A stretch of 64,000 nucleotides of DNA from Eledone cirrhosa (GCA_964016885.1 OZ024747.1:39122001-39186000); one strand, 5' to 3'; shown: positions 1 to 12,866, counted from the stretch's first letter. Made by a program: numbers and translations. The notes: generated from the letters alone by a model not told the origin.

Positions 1-3000
1 TTCTTACTTAAATTTTCACTCCAACTAATTAGTTTCTGCAATGGGATAAAGACAGTTACGTAATCCAACTGTCGAGAATTCATTGCGTCATCAGGAAGTC
101 TATTCTCAGTTAAGTCTCCAGGCAATGCGCGGACACTGGCGGCTCATATAAAAATAATAATAATTCGGTAGATCGAACAGCTTGCGAGGACTGAATTCTA
201 TGTACCGAAATTCTCACTGCTTCAAGTCAAATGGCCGATTCTAAAGAATCAATCACGTGACACAGAGGCTAGTTAGAAGGAATGGGATGGTAAGATGACT
301 GACGCCTACTAACACCCCAAAAAAAATTTTTTTAGAAGTGGTTTTGACAAGTTTGCTCGACAAATCAGTGATTTGGAGATAAATATAGATAATTTAATAT
401 ATCAACTAACATAAGCGCACAGATGCACGCCCATGCCAGCAAATACACAGGTTATGTCATAGTACCTAGGTGGTTCAATGCAGGAGAATGCAGAACAATA
501 ATATAAAGGACGTAAAATAAGAAAATATTTTTTTAAAAAAATTTAAAAAAAATTTTTTTCTTACTTAAATTTTCACTCCAACTAATTAGTTTCTGCAATG
601 GGATAAAGACAGTTACGTAATCCAACTGTCGAGAATTCATTGCGTCATCAGGAAGTCTATTCTCAGTTAAGTCTCCAGGCAATGCGCGGACACTGGCGGC
701 TCATATAAAAATAATAATAATTCGGTAGATCGAACAGCTTGCGAGGACTGAATTCTATGTACCGAAATTCTCACTGCTTCAAGTCAAATGGCCGATTCTA
801 AAGAATCAATCACGTGACACAGAGGCTAGTTAGAAGGAATGGGATGGTAAGATGACTGACGCCTACTAACACCCCAAAAAAAATTTTTTTAGAAGTGGTT
901 TTGACAAGTTTGCTCGACAAATCAGTGATTTGGAGATAAATATAGATAATTTAATATATCAACTAACATAAGCGCACAGATGCACGCCCATGCCAGCAAA
1001 TACACAGGTTATGTCATAGTACCTAGGTGGTTCAATGCAGGAGAATGCAGAACAATAATATAAAGGACGTAAAATAAGAAAATATTTTTTTAAAAAAATT
1101 TAAAAAAAATTTTTTTCTTACTTAAATTTTCACTCCAACTAATTAGTTTCTGCAATGGGATAAAGACAGTTACGTAATCCAACTGTCGAGAATTCATTGC
1201 GTCATCAGGAAGTCTATTCTCAGTTAAGTCTCCAGGCAATGCGCGGACACTGGCGGCTCATATAAAAATAATAATAATTCGGTAGATCGAACAGCTTGCG
1301 AGGACTGAATTCTATGTACCGAAATTCTCACTGCTTCAAGTCAAATGGCCGATTCTAAAGAATCAATCACGTGACACAGAGGCTAGTTAGAAGGAATGGG
1401 ATGGTAAGATGACTGACGCCTACTAACACCCCAAAAAAAATTTTTTTAGAAGTGGTTTTGACAAGTTTGCTCGACAAATCAGTGATTTGGAGATAAATAT
1501 AGATAATTTAATATATCAACTAACATAAGCGCACAGATGCACGCCCATGCCAGCAAATACACAGGTTATGTCATAGTACCTAGGTGGTTCAATGCAGGAG
1601 AATGCAGAACAATAATATAAAGGACGTAAAATAAGAAAATATTTTTTTAAAAAAATTTAAAAAAAATTTTTTTCTTACTTAAATTTTCACTCCAACTAAT
1701 TAGTTTCTGCAATGGGATAAAGACAGTTACGTAATCCAACTGTCGAGAATTCATTGCGTCATCAGGAAGTCTATTCTCAGTTAAGTCTCCAGGCAATGCG
1801 CGGACACTGGCGGCTCATATAAAAATAATAATAATTCGGTAGATCGAACAGCTTGCGAGGACTGAATTCTATGTACCGAAATTCTCACTGCTTCAAGTCA
1901 AATGGCCGATTCTAAAGAATCAATCACGTGACACAGAGGCTAGTTAGAAGGAATGGGATGGTAAGATGACTGACGCCTACTAACACCCCAAAAAAAATTT
2001 TTTTAGAAGTGGTTTTGACAAGTTTGCTCGACAAATCAGTGATTTGGAGATAAATATAGATAATTTAATATATCAACTAACATAAGCGCACAGATGCACG
2101 CCCATGCCAGCAAATACACAGGTTATGTCATAGTACCTAGGTGGTTCAATGCAGGAGAATGCAGAACAATAATATAAAGGACGTAAAATAAGAAAATATT
2201 TTTTTAAAAAAATTTAAAAAAAATTTTTTTCTTACTTAAATTTTCACTCCAACTAATTAGTTTCTGCAATGGGATAAAGACAGTTACGTAATCCAACTGT
2301 CGAGAATTCATTGCGTCATCAGGAAGTCTATTCTCAGTTAAGTCTCCAGGCAATGCGCGGACACTGGCGGCTCATATAAAAATAATAATAATTCGGTAGA
2401 TCGAACAGCTTGCGAGGACTGAATTCTATGTACCGAAATTCTCACTGCTTCAAGTCAAATGGCCGATTCTAAAGAATCAATCACGTGACACAGAGGCTAG
2501 TTAGAAGGAATGGGATGGTAAGATGACTGACGCCTACTAACACCCCAAAAAAAATTTTTTTAGAAGTGGTTTTGACAAGTTTGCTCGACAAATCAGTGAT
2601 TTGGAGATAAATATAGATAATTTAATATATCAACTAACATAAGCGCACAGATGCACGCCCATGCCAGCAAATACACAGGTTATGTCATAGTACCTAGGTG
2701 GTTCAATGCAGGAGAATGCAGAACAATAATATAAAGGACGTAAAATAAGAAAATATTTTTTTAAAAAAATTTAAAAAAAATTTTTTTCTTACTTAAATTT
2801 TCACTCCAACTAATTAGTTTCTGCAATGGGATAAAGACAGTTACGTAATCCAACTGTCGAGAATTCATTGCGTCATCAGGAAGTCTATTCTCAGTTAAGT
2901 CTCCAGGCAATGCGCGGACACTGGCGGCTCATATAAAAATAATAATAATTCGGTAGATCGAACAGCTTGCGAGGACTGAATTCTATGTACCGAAATTCTC

Positions 3001-3498
3001 ACTGCTTCAAGTCAAATGGCCGATTCTAAAGAATCAATCACGTGACACAGAGGCTAGTTAGAAGGAATGGGATGGTAAGATGACTGACGCCTACTAACAC
3101 CCCAAAAAAAATTTTTTTAGAAGTGGTTTTGACAAGTTTGCTCGACAAATCAGTGATTTGGAGATAAATATAGATAATTTAATATATCAACTAACATAAG
3201 CGCACAGATGCACGCCCATGCCAGCAAATACACAGGTTATGTCATAGTACCTAGGTGGTTCAATGCAGGAGAATGCAGAACAATAATATAAAGGACGTAA
3301 AATAAGAAAATATTTTTTTAAAAAAATTTAAAAAAAATTTTTTTCTTACTTAAATTTTCACTCCAACTAATTAGTTTCTGCAATGGGATAAAGACAGTTA
3401 CGTAATCCAACTGTCGAGAATTCATTGCGTCATCAGGAAGTCTATTCTCAGTTAAGTCTCCAGGCAATGCGCGGACACTGGCGGCTCATATAAAAATA
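1..3498 (-). repeat. Tandem array of a 557-bp unit (~6.3 copies, runs off the left edge); hammerhead-containing satellite / retrozyme-like array
   Basis: TTCTTACTTAAATTTTCACTCC recurs at 1, 558, 1115, 1672, 2229, 2786 and 3343 (period 557). Copies look identical by eye. The array ends at 3498 next to (TA)n. Confidence 0.97.
18..99 (-). ncRNA. Type I hammerhead ribozyme in the array unit (also at 575-656, 1132-1213, 1689-1770, 2246-2327, 2803-2884, 3360-3441)
   Basis: Minus strand reads ACUUC-CUGAUGA-c-GCAAUG...GACAGUU..AACUGUC...CAUUGC-a-GAA-ACUAAUUAGU-U^GGAGU. Stem I is ACUUC/GGAGU, the core is intact, stem II is extended, helix III is palindromic and the site is GUU. Confidence 0.8.
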
Positions 3499-3520
3499 GG
3501 TATATATATATATATATATA

Positions 3521-3819
3521 TCACAGATAAAAGAGAATTAGTGTTGCGACGAAAGGAATTTATTGGACATATTACAATTGTTTCTCGGTCGACCAGCTCG
3601 AGGCACGATCGATGTGGACCACGCGATTCAAGAGTCAGGTTTGATCACCACATCGATCGTGCCTCGAGCTGGTCGCTCGAGAAACAATTGTAATATGTCC
3701 AATGAATTCCTTTCGTCGCAACACTGATTCTCATTTTTCTGTGATATCATAGTCTTTTCTATGAGGGCATCGAGTGCTCATACGGCCTACCGCACACGGA
3801 CGCTTTAAGCTTCCAACAC

Positions 3820-3822
<3 letters not shown>
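3521..3822. mobile_element. Short fold-back element (arms ~3521-3617 and ~3648-3744, plus a 3' tail) holding the 3' half of an HHR
   Basis: Arms are reverse complements with few mismatches. Each contains GAAACAATTGTA-ATATGTCC (palindromic helix III). Flanked by (TA)n. The tail resembles 16604-16640. Confidence 0.7.
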
Positions 3823-3865
<43 letters not shown>

Positions 3866-3910
3866 TAAACAAATAATGAACAAACAATTCCTTATATTAA
3901 ACAAAAAAAG

Positions 3911-4065
3911 TTCACTATTTAACGATCGTTTCTAGGGTATATATGTGTTATAATTGGTATGCATATTTAACAGATCTATGTACAAAATTATACAAAATTA
4001 TACAAATTATCAAGATTAAATATACATACCTAACTCATATATACGCCGTCTTCAGAAATAATGAA
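3911..4065 (-). ncRNA. Type I hammerhead ribozyme with very long stem II (left arm)
   Basis: Mirror image of 10882-11036. Confidence 0.75.
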
Positions 4066-4843
4066 GTATATTTATTGATAATAACAACAATTCAAAATAT
4101 CAGTTCAAAATTGACCAATGAAAACACAAAGGGTTAAAAGGCAGTTTGGTGTGTGTATATACATGTAAAACCCTACACACATTTTACAATAATGTGTGTA
4201 TAATCTGTATGTGCATACTAAAAAGATGGATGCAAATAAAAAATTTCAAGGTTAATATCTCCATAAGCTTAATGCGCTGATAAGATACGCAATGATACTT
4301 ATGGAGTCAAGCATATAAATATATTTTTTTCATACTCACACATATCAGTATAATCACACATACATGTGCGTATATATATAAATATACACGTAACCACGAA
4401 CACACAAACACACACACTCCCCCACTCACATTTATATATGTGGATATAAAATCATAAGCAAATAGAAATTAAGTCACTCACATAAACACACTGGTACACA
4501 CATTTCAAGATCAAGATACAGAAATTAGGTGAGAGGGGGGGGGGGAGGGGTCAGTATTAGACTGTCAGACCAGACAACCTTAATATAAATGTATCTATAA
4601 ATTATGAAAAATAAAAAAATAAAAATAAAAACAATAAAATATAAATACATATAATATAATGTACATACGCATACAGATATACATACACATACATACATGT
4701 ACGCGCACATAGAGATATCTATACATACATACATACACACATACCTATACTGTCATACACACACATACATTTACACGAACATACTCATACACATATAAAA
4801 AGATATAAATACGGACACACACACGCGCAACACATACATACAT

Positions 4844-4896
<53 letters not shown>

Positions 4897-5007
4897 TATA
4901 CACACACACGTAGACTCATATATATATATACATACACATACATACATTTATACACAAACATATATATCCCACACTCATACCACCATAAAAACACATACAA
5001 ACATCCA

Positions 5008-5058
<51 letters not shown>

Positions 5059-5271
5059 ACATACACACACATACACACATATGTATATATACATACACAT
5101 ATACACACATACACATATATAAATCCACACACACACATAAAATACAGACATGCACATATATATATATATATATATATATTTCATTACTCTTATATATACA
5201 CATAGTATATATACATACACAACCTCACTTATACACATATACACATAAGTTATATTACAATAATAATAAAG

Positions 5272-5312
<41 letters not shown>

Positions 5313-5455
5313 TATACACACATATACACATATACATACACACACATACACATACATACATACATACACATACATACATACACCTAAATATAAACATATA
5401 TAAATACATACATACGAATAAAGACATATATTCACACATAGACACCTATATACAC

Positions 5456-5487
<32 letters not shown>

Positions 5488-5584
5488 CTATATACACACA
5501 CATACACATACATACACATATATATATATACATATATATACACATATACACACACGCACACACATACAGACACACATACACACT

Positions 5585-5621
<37 letters not shown>

Positions 5622-7341
5622 ATGTGAGTGTGCGCAAATACATATATATATATATACACACACACATACAAACACACACAAACTTATACATATGCATACG
5701 CACACTCACACACACATATATCACATAGATACGAAGATAAACATATAAATAGAGAGACATATAAATATATACAGAACCCATATACACATACATACAAACA
5801 CGCATATACATATATATACATATATACACACATATATATTCCTATATACAAGCATACACATACACACACATATATACATATACATACACATATACATATC
5901 ACACATTCACATACACGTACATATATAATACATATATATACATATATATACATATATATGTATGTACAATCATATATACACACTCAATCTTACATTCATA
6001 TTTACATGCTCATATATGTATTTTTATATTTAGAAATAAATACCAAAAAAAAAACTATATAGACACCTATCTACACATATATTCATACATATACACTTAC
6101 AAAAACAGATGATAATAGTATGGGGGAAAGGGGGGGTTTGGAGAAGGGGATCAAAGTAAATATATGTTTCAAGAAACATATAATATTTTCCATATCTTAA
6201 TTCAATGTATGTTCTTACATATTTTCAGTGCTAGGAAATACGAAATCCATGCATCACAAAACAAAAAAGTATATTATTAATCATATGTCAACTAAACCAA
6301 AGATAGTCAACATATTGATTTCCAAGGTGTAAATTAGTTAGGTTTATAATATTTGAGGCAGAATTATGAAGTCAAACAGTAGTAGATTATTAATTACATT
6401 ATAACTAAATTAAAGTTAATAACGTTATGGTATCAATATTAGGAGATGAATAGGGAAAAGAAACCCAAATAAAAATAAAATAAAGTATTACATCGGTAGT
6501 AGCATATAAATTATATGTTAACTAAGTTAAAAATTATATATTTATTTCAATAGTATATGTTAATTAGTATATGTTAATTAGGTATACAATACATAAAGCA
6601 GATATTGTATTTCATCAATAGCATAATATAATTATATGCAAATAAAAATCAAAATTAATACGCATACATATACATATACATACACATACACATACATATA
6701 CATATACATACACATATACATATATATATATACATATATATACACATACATACATATATAGTCACATAAATATACATACAGATACACGTACAACACACAC
6801 ATATACATATACATATAGATATACATATCTTTTCCAAAAAAAAATTTGCACAGAATATATTAACTAGGTATATATCCAAGAACACCTCCCATTCTATGAT
6901 TACATGACATTCTGCAATTTGTCTGTACAATGATACTAATTTTAAGCAAATTAAAGTTAAAATTAAAGTTTTAGGTTGATTAAAGCTAAAACCAAATAAT
7001 AAATATATTTCCAAAATGTATATTAATTAGGTCAATAATACTAAAAATTCTTTCTCCGTCATAGGATACATGATATTATTTTGTTATATTTTATCTGTAA
7101 AAGAATTATGATAAAAAAAATTATAATAAAAGGTTAAACTAAATTAAAGAATTATAATAAAAGGTTAAAATAAGTTAAAATTAATCTATAAATTAAATTA
7201 CTGAATATATATTAGTAATATTTAAAGGTTTTTCAAAATTAATGATTACATAAAATTTTCTCATCTGTAATAAAATATTAATTAAATTAAATTTATAGGT
7301 TAACTAACATTTAAATTAAATTAAATTCTAGAATAATGTTA

Positions 7342-9260
7342 TTAATTAGGTTTATAATATTTAAATGTTTTTTTTAGTTTATGATTACACGATATAATTA
7401 ATTCCTGTCTTTTATTTAATAAGATATCCCTAGACTTCATTATTTCAAATAGTTCTTGGGAACATAATCTACATTCCTTTCTATTATTTTGATAAGGGGT
7501 GGCTCTTTTGAGCACACTCCAGGTCAAATCATATTTTATATTTTTATTTTTATAACTATTGATTTTTTCTGCTAGAGATGTTGTATTAGCCAGTGCGGCA
7601 TTTTTAAAGCTATGTTTGTGGGTATTATATCTTGTCTTAAAATTGTTAGAGGTAGCTCCTATATATGAGCAAATAGAATCTTTAGTTTTAACATTACATT
7701 TATAGACTATGTTGTTAACAAGACAATTCCCTTTTAATGGGCAGTTTGTTTTGTTTCTACAGTTACATCCTTTCGTTAATTCTGTATTTGAGGAGATATT
7801 ATTGTTAATTTGATGTACTGGTGGTATACTTATAGTTTTCTTACATTTATATGCATTATATGCACTTATATTTTGTTTTATGTTATTTGTTGTAGAATAT
7901 GAGAATTTAACTGTAGACCTATTTAAGATTTGATGGTATTTGTGGTTTGGCGGGAAGTTTTTCTCAAGGATATAAAAAAATTTTTTAGCAATATTATCCT
8001 TAACTTGTAAATTAAAAGGAGCATTATACCAAGTAACTCGTCTATTACGGTTTCTATGTTGTTTATTATTTTTATTATTTTTATATGTTGTATCATGATT
8101 TTTACTAGGAGGAATAATGTTAATGATCTCACCACAACTATTTTTAGTTATATTTGTAGATTTAGGTGTTTTATCTTTTTTATTAGGAGTTTTATTATTA
8201 ATATTTATTATAGTCTTATGATGAGTAGTTTTTTGAGGGTTACTATACTTAATATTAAAAGATTTAGTATTTTGGGGTATACTGTGGGTGGCATTTAGGT
8301 GTGTACTTTTCATTTGGTGTTTGTTGGTAATATTATGCTGTATGCTTTCAGTATTTTTAGTAGAAGGTATATACTCTAATCTATTTTTGTGGCCACTTCT
8401 ATCTAGAGCTTCATTATAAAAGGTCGCATTTTTATCAAATACATCTTGGTTAGAAGAAAGGTTAGAAATTCTAAGTGATATATTATATGCAAGGTTTTTA
8501 AGGATAGATTTAGGGTGATTAGATTGTGAGTGTATGTAATGTAAGTTTCGGTTAGGTTTATGGTAAGGTTGGTATATACCCGTAGCTAAATCTAAAGTTA
8601 TATCTAGGAAATTTACTACTTTACTTGTTTTTTCAAAAGTAATATTAAGATTATAATAGTCTTTAAGGAAAGTTCTAATATGCTTTTTGTTTTTTTCGAT
8701 TTCTGAAAGGCTAAGGTTGTTAGAAAGAAGAAGACAGTCATCACGATATAAACCACCTTTGAGGTGGGGAAAAGAGGCATTTATGTTGAAAAGGAGAAAG
8801 AGGCCCACAAGATCAGTAATTTGGGCAGAATCGCTTGAACCCATAGTAATATCAAAAAGATTACTATAAGTGTTTCTGGTCCAGTATTCATTCTGAAATT
8901 CAATAAGTGTTTGTCTAGCATGTGTAATAATGTTAATGTCATCCGAAGTTAAACTAGATCTATTTTTAGCAAATATTAATGCTTTGTTCAGGAGTATGGG
9001 TGATATAGAAGAATAATAATTATCTATATCAAACTGTAGGAAAGAAGCAGAAGATTTACACCTAATATTTTTAAACCAATTAATTACCTGGGAGGTGTTT
9101 TCCCAGAGTGGTAAAATAACGTATTTTCTTATTTGTGGGATGACCCTATCTAAAATTTTTTTGCTAATTATTCCAATATCTGATTTGGAGGGACATATAA
9201 GTCTAATAGAAGGATTAGAGTTAAAGTTAGATTTGTGATCTTTCAGGTTGAAGTGTGTTG
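7342..9260 (-). CDS. Penelope-like reverse transcriptase with C-terminal GIY-YIG endonuclease (5'-truncated, frame uninterrupted)
   Basis: RT motifs LQFDIDNYY, FDITMGSSDSAQITDLVG, GGLYRDD, VNFLDITLDL and SNHP. Endonuclease region CNCRNKTNCPL, NIVYKC...YIG, FKTRYNTH, CRLC, LLNK..E...CNH. The first ~19 aa of the listed ORF (9261-9318) come from the inverted repeat and are not part of the element protein. Confidence 0.93.
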
Positions 9261-9324
9261 AAGTTTGTGTGTGTTTGTATGTGTGTGTGTATATATATAT
9301 ATATGTATTTGCGCACACTCACAT

Positions 9325-9361
<37 letters not shown>

Positions 9362-9458
9362 AGTGTGTATGTGTGTCTGTATGTGTGTGCGTGTGTGTAT
9401 ATGTGTATATATATGTATATATATATATGTGTATGTATGTGTATGTGTGTGTATATAG

Positions 9459-9490
<32 letters not shown>

Positions 9491-9633
9491 GTGTATATAG
9501 GTGTCTATGTGTGAATATATGTCTTTATTCGTATGTATGTATTTATATATGTTTATATTTAGGTGTATGTATGTATGTGTATGTATGTATGTATGTGTAT
9601 GTGTGTGTATGTATATGTGTATATGTGTGTATA

Positions 9634-9674
<41 letters not shown>

Positions 9675-9887
9675 CTTTATTATTATTGTAATATAACTTA
9701 TGTGTATATGTGTATAAGTGAGGTTGTGTATGTATATATACTATGTGTATATATAAGAGTAATGAAATATATATATATATATATATATATGTGCATGTCT
9801 GTATTTTATGTGTGTGTGTGGATTTATATATGTGTATGTGTGTATATGTGTATGTATATATACATATGTGTGTATGTGTGTGTATGT

Positions 9888-9938
<51 letters not shown>

Positions 9939-10049
9939 TGGATGTTTGTATGTGTTTTTATGGTGGTATGAGTGTGGGATATATATGTTTGTGTATAAAT
10001 GTATGTATGTGTATGTATATATATATATGAGTCTACGTGTGTGTGTATA

Positions 10050-10104
<55 letters not shown>

Positions 10105-10881
10105 ATGTATGTATGTGTTGCGCGTGTGTGTGTCCGTATTTATATCTTTTTATATGTGTATGAGTATGTTCGTGTAAATGTATGTGTGTGTATGACAGTA
10201 TAGGTATGTGTGTATGTATGTATGTATAGATATCTCTATGTGCGCGTACATGTATGTATGTGTATGTATATCTGTATGCGTATGTACATTATATTATATG
10301 TATTTATATTTTATTGTTTTTATTTTTATTTTTTTATTTTTCATAATTTATAGATACATTTATATTAAGGTTGTCTGGTCTGACAGTCTAATACTGACCC
10401 CTCCCCCCCCCCTCTCACCTAATTTCTGTATCTTGATCTTGAAATGTGTGTACCAGTGTGTTTATGTGAGTGACTTAATTTCTATTTGCTTATGATTTTA
10501 TATCCACATATATAAATGTGAGTGGGGGAGTGTGTGTGTTTGTGTGTTCGTGGTTACGTGTATATTTATATATATACGCACATGTATGTGTGATTATACT
10601 GATATGTGTGAGTATGAAAAAAATATATTTATATGCTTGACTCCATAAGTATCATTGCGTATCTTATCAGCGCATTAAGCTTATGGAGATATTAACCTTG
10701 AAATTTTTTATTTGCATCCATCTTTTTAGTATGCACATACAGATTATACACACATTATTGTAAAATGTGTGTAGGGTTTTACATGTATATACACACACCA
10801 AACTGCCTTTTAACCCTTTGTGTTTTCATTGGTCAATTTTGAACTGATATTTTGAATTGTTGTTATTATCAATAAATATAC

Positions 10882-11036
10882 TTCATTATTTCTGAAGACG
10901 GCGTATATATGAGTTAGGTATGTATATTTAATCTTGATAATTTGTATAATTTTGTATAATTTTGTACATAGATCTGTTAAATATGCATACCAATTATAAC
11001 ACATATATACCCTAGAAACGATCGTTAAATAGTGAA
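10882..11036 (+). ncRNA. Type I hammerhead ribozyme with very long stem II (right arm)
   Basis: UUCAUUAUUU-CUGAAGA-[~115-nt stem II with GUAUAUAUG/CAUAUAUAC and GGUAUGUAUAUUUAA/UUAAAUAUGCAUACC]-GAA-ACGAUCGU-U^AAAUAGUGAA. Stem I is 10 bp. Confidence 0.75.
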
Positions 11037-11225
11037 CTTTTTTTGTTTAATATAAGGAATTGTTTGTTCATTATTTGTTTAACATTTTATCTTGACTCTG
11101 TATACCATTTATCTTTCACCGAAATTGGATTTTCATTACATCTCTTCTTTCCATGATATCCGGAATACATTGAGTTCTTCATACGGATTGGACACTACCG
11201 TAAACTCTTGGTAGATTTATCTACA

Positions 11226-11263
<38 letters not shown>

Positions 11264-11269
11264 CTATAT

Positions 11270-11470
11270 ATACTATATACTATATAAATGGCAATTTCTG
11301 TCTGTCTATGTATAACCAATTGGCGCCTACACCAGTGACCCGATCTTGTTGAACCTTTACACACATGTTAAGCTAATATTCAAATATTCAGAAACAGGAC
11401 TGGCAAATTGGATTTCAATAAAAGTCAACAATGGAACACCTGGGGACAGTTTATACCAGTTTTTCTCAAT
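11270..11470 (+). mobile_element. Non-autonomous Helitron/DINE-like 5' fragment (second copy ~12439-12620)
   Basis: CTATATAAATGGCAATTTCTGTCTGT...ACCAGTGA.CCGATC...ACAC..GTTAAGCT is repeated locally. A TC-TATATAAA start followed by a (CTGT)n tract is typical of such elements. Confidence 0.45.
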
Positions 11471-11890
11471 TTATCCATGCACATCCATCAAAGTATGTTC
11501 ACTTCATTTCTCTCAAATCTCCACATATCCTCTGCACTCACTGCCCATCTATCATATGCAGCATCATATATCATACACTAGCATCATCTTATACTATATA
11601 ACCACTAATTTCATGTCTGTCTGTCCGACAGTGGAAACACGTGCGCGCGTGGTTGCTATCTCTCTCTCTCGCGAGCTATCCCTCTCTTTTAGCATTTCTG
11701 TTTCTCTCACTCGCACTCTTTCTCTTTGTAACACACTAACATTCCTCCCCTCTATCGCTGTGACGAATGGGGAGATGGAGCAGGAGGAGGAGGGGGAGGA
11801 GGAGGAGGAGGAGGAGGAGAAAGTCACTTCGCCACTTCACCTCTGCCTTTCTTTCTCTCCCCTCTCACTCCCTCATTAAGTACAGACATT

Positions 11891-12070
11891 AGGGCGGTGG
11901 ACTGGCAGAATCTGTAGAGAGTCGGACACCATGCTTCATAGGATGGAGTTACGTCCCTTTACGGTCTGAGTTCAAATACCGCCGAGGTTAACTTTGCCTT
12001 TCATCCTCACGGGGTCGATAAAATAAAGTACCAGTAATGTACTGGTTGATTGCTGGCCTTGTCTCTAAAT
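11891..12070 (+). mobile_element. tRNA-derived SINE
   Basis: A-box-like TGGCAGAATCTG, B-box-like GAGTTCAAAT, conserved body GTTAACTTTGCCTTTCATCC...GGGGTCGATAAAATAAAGTACCAGT. Many copies in the window. Confidence 0.85.
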
Positions 12071-12410
12071 ATATAAAACTGAGGATGTCTGTGTGTGTGT
12101 GAGTTTGAATCCCTAAAACTAAAGAAGCACCCAACCGACTGTTTTCAAACTTTACACATGTAATACTTATGTTTCAGGGAGTATTCTCAGCAAATGAAAA
12201 TTCAAATTGTCAATGCTCTAGGGACCGCATTAAGCGATTTAGCGATCTCGCTCTATTATTCTTAGTCTTTCTATTTTTAGATAGATACATACATATAACG
12301 TTGCGCCTTTATAACATCTGTATGTCTGGCTGTCTGCATTACGTCACTTCCTACAATTCGACGCGCCCTTATCATATATGTCTGTATGTCTGGCTGTCTG
12401 CTGCCTCCGG
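12070..12410 (+). mobile_element. Helitron-like dispersed repeat, same family as 51569-52480
   Basis: AAACTGAGGATGTCTGTGTGTG...GAGTTTGAATCCCTAAAACT...TAGGGACCGCATTA is shared with 51575-51862. Confidence 0.55.
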
Positions 12411-12829
12411 TTAGTTTGCCACCCTTGCTCAACACAAATCTACTATATAAATGGCAATTTCTGTCTGTATGTATATATGTGTATATGTGTATAACCAGTT
12501 GGGGCCTACACCAGTGATCCGATCCTGATGAAACTTTACTCACACGTTAAGCTGATATTCAGAAACAGGACTGACTAACTGGATTTCAATAATAATTAGT
12601 AATGGAGCCCCTGGGCACATCTTTCAATGGAGGAGGATAGAGATATTTCAATGAGAGAGGGGGGGAGGTGATACTACTATTGTATGTTAAACCCTTCCTC
12701 CCGTACTCCCCTTCCTACTCCGACAACTCAGTTCTCCAAAACGCGGCAACAACTTATGAGAAATATACATAAAGAAATGTCAAACGAAGGAGACGGCAAT
12801 CTAATTTGGTTGTAGACTGAACAGATGTC

Positions 12830-12866
<37 letters not shown>

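Larger units (their letters stand above)
3857..11224 (-). mobile_element. Young 5'-truncated Penelope-like retroelement with ~3.5-kb 3' region and an inverted copy of its 3' end
   Basis: RT/GIY-YIG ORF at 7342-9260. 3857-5685 is the near-perfect reverse complement of 9261-11090. The right arm carries ~130 extra bp. Both ends abut (TA)n. Confidence 0.9.

Noticed and set aside
1-3498. CRISPR array or rDNA/tRNA repeat
   Set aside because: Whole units are identical with no unique spacers, there are no cas genes, the context is eukaryotic, and no rRNA or tRNA motif is recognisable.
4525-7014. Many Y/I/C/V/M/H/T-rich ORFs (also 9248-10495, 16571-17072, 40570-41477, 56470-58933, 61489-63997)
   Set aside because: They are translations of (TA)n, (CA)n and (TACA)n microsatellites, which lack stop codons.
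7342-9260. Selenoprotein-type (Naiad-like) recoding
   Set aside because: There is no in-frame UGA in the intact ORF, and stops in the other copies come with frameshifts.
9261-9318. N-terminus MCANTYIY... of the 658-aa ORF
   Set aside because: It derives from the inverted repeat arm fused to the truncated RT and is not the real start.
3857-11090. DNA transposon with long TIRs (Polinton, Foldback, MULE)
   Set aside because: The enclosed ORF is a Penelope RT/GIY-YIG rather than a transposase or integrase, the arms are asymmetric, and they carry hammerheads.
11346-11879. 177-aa ORF with poly-Glu
   Set aside because: Built from repeat fragments, (CT)n and (GAG)n, with no domain signature.
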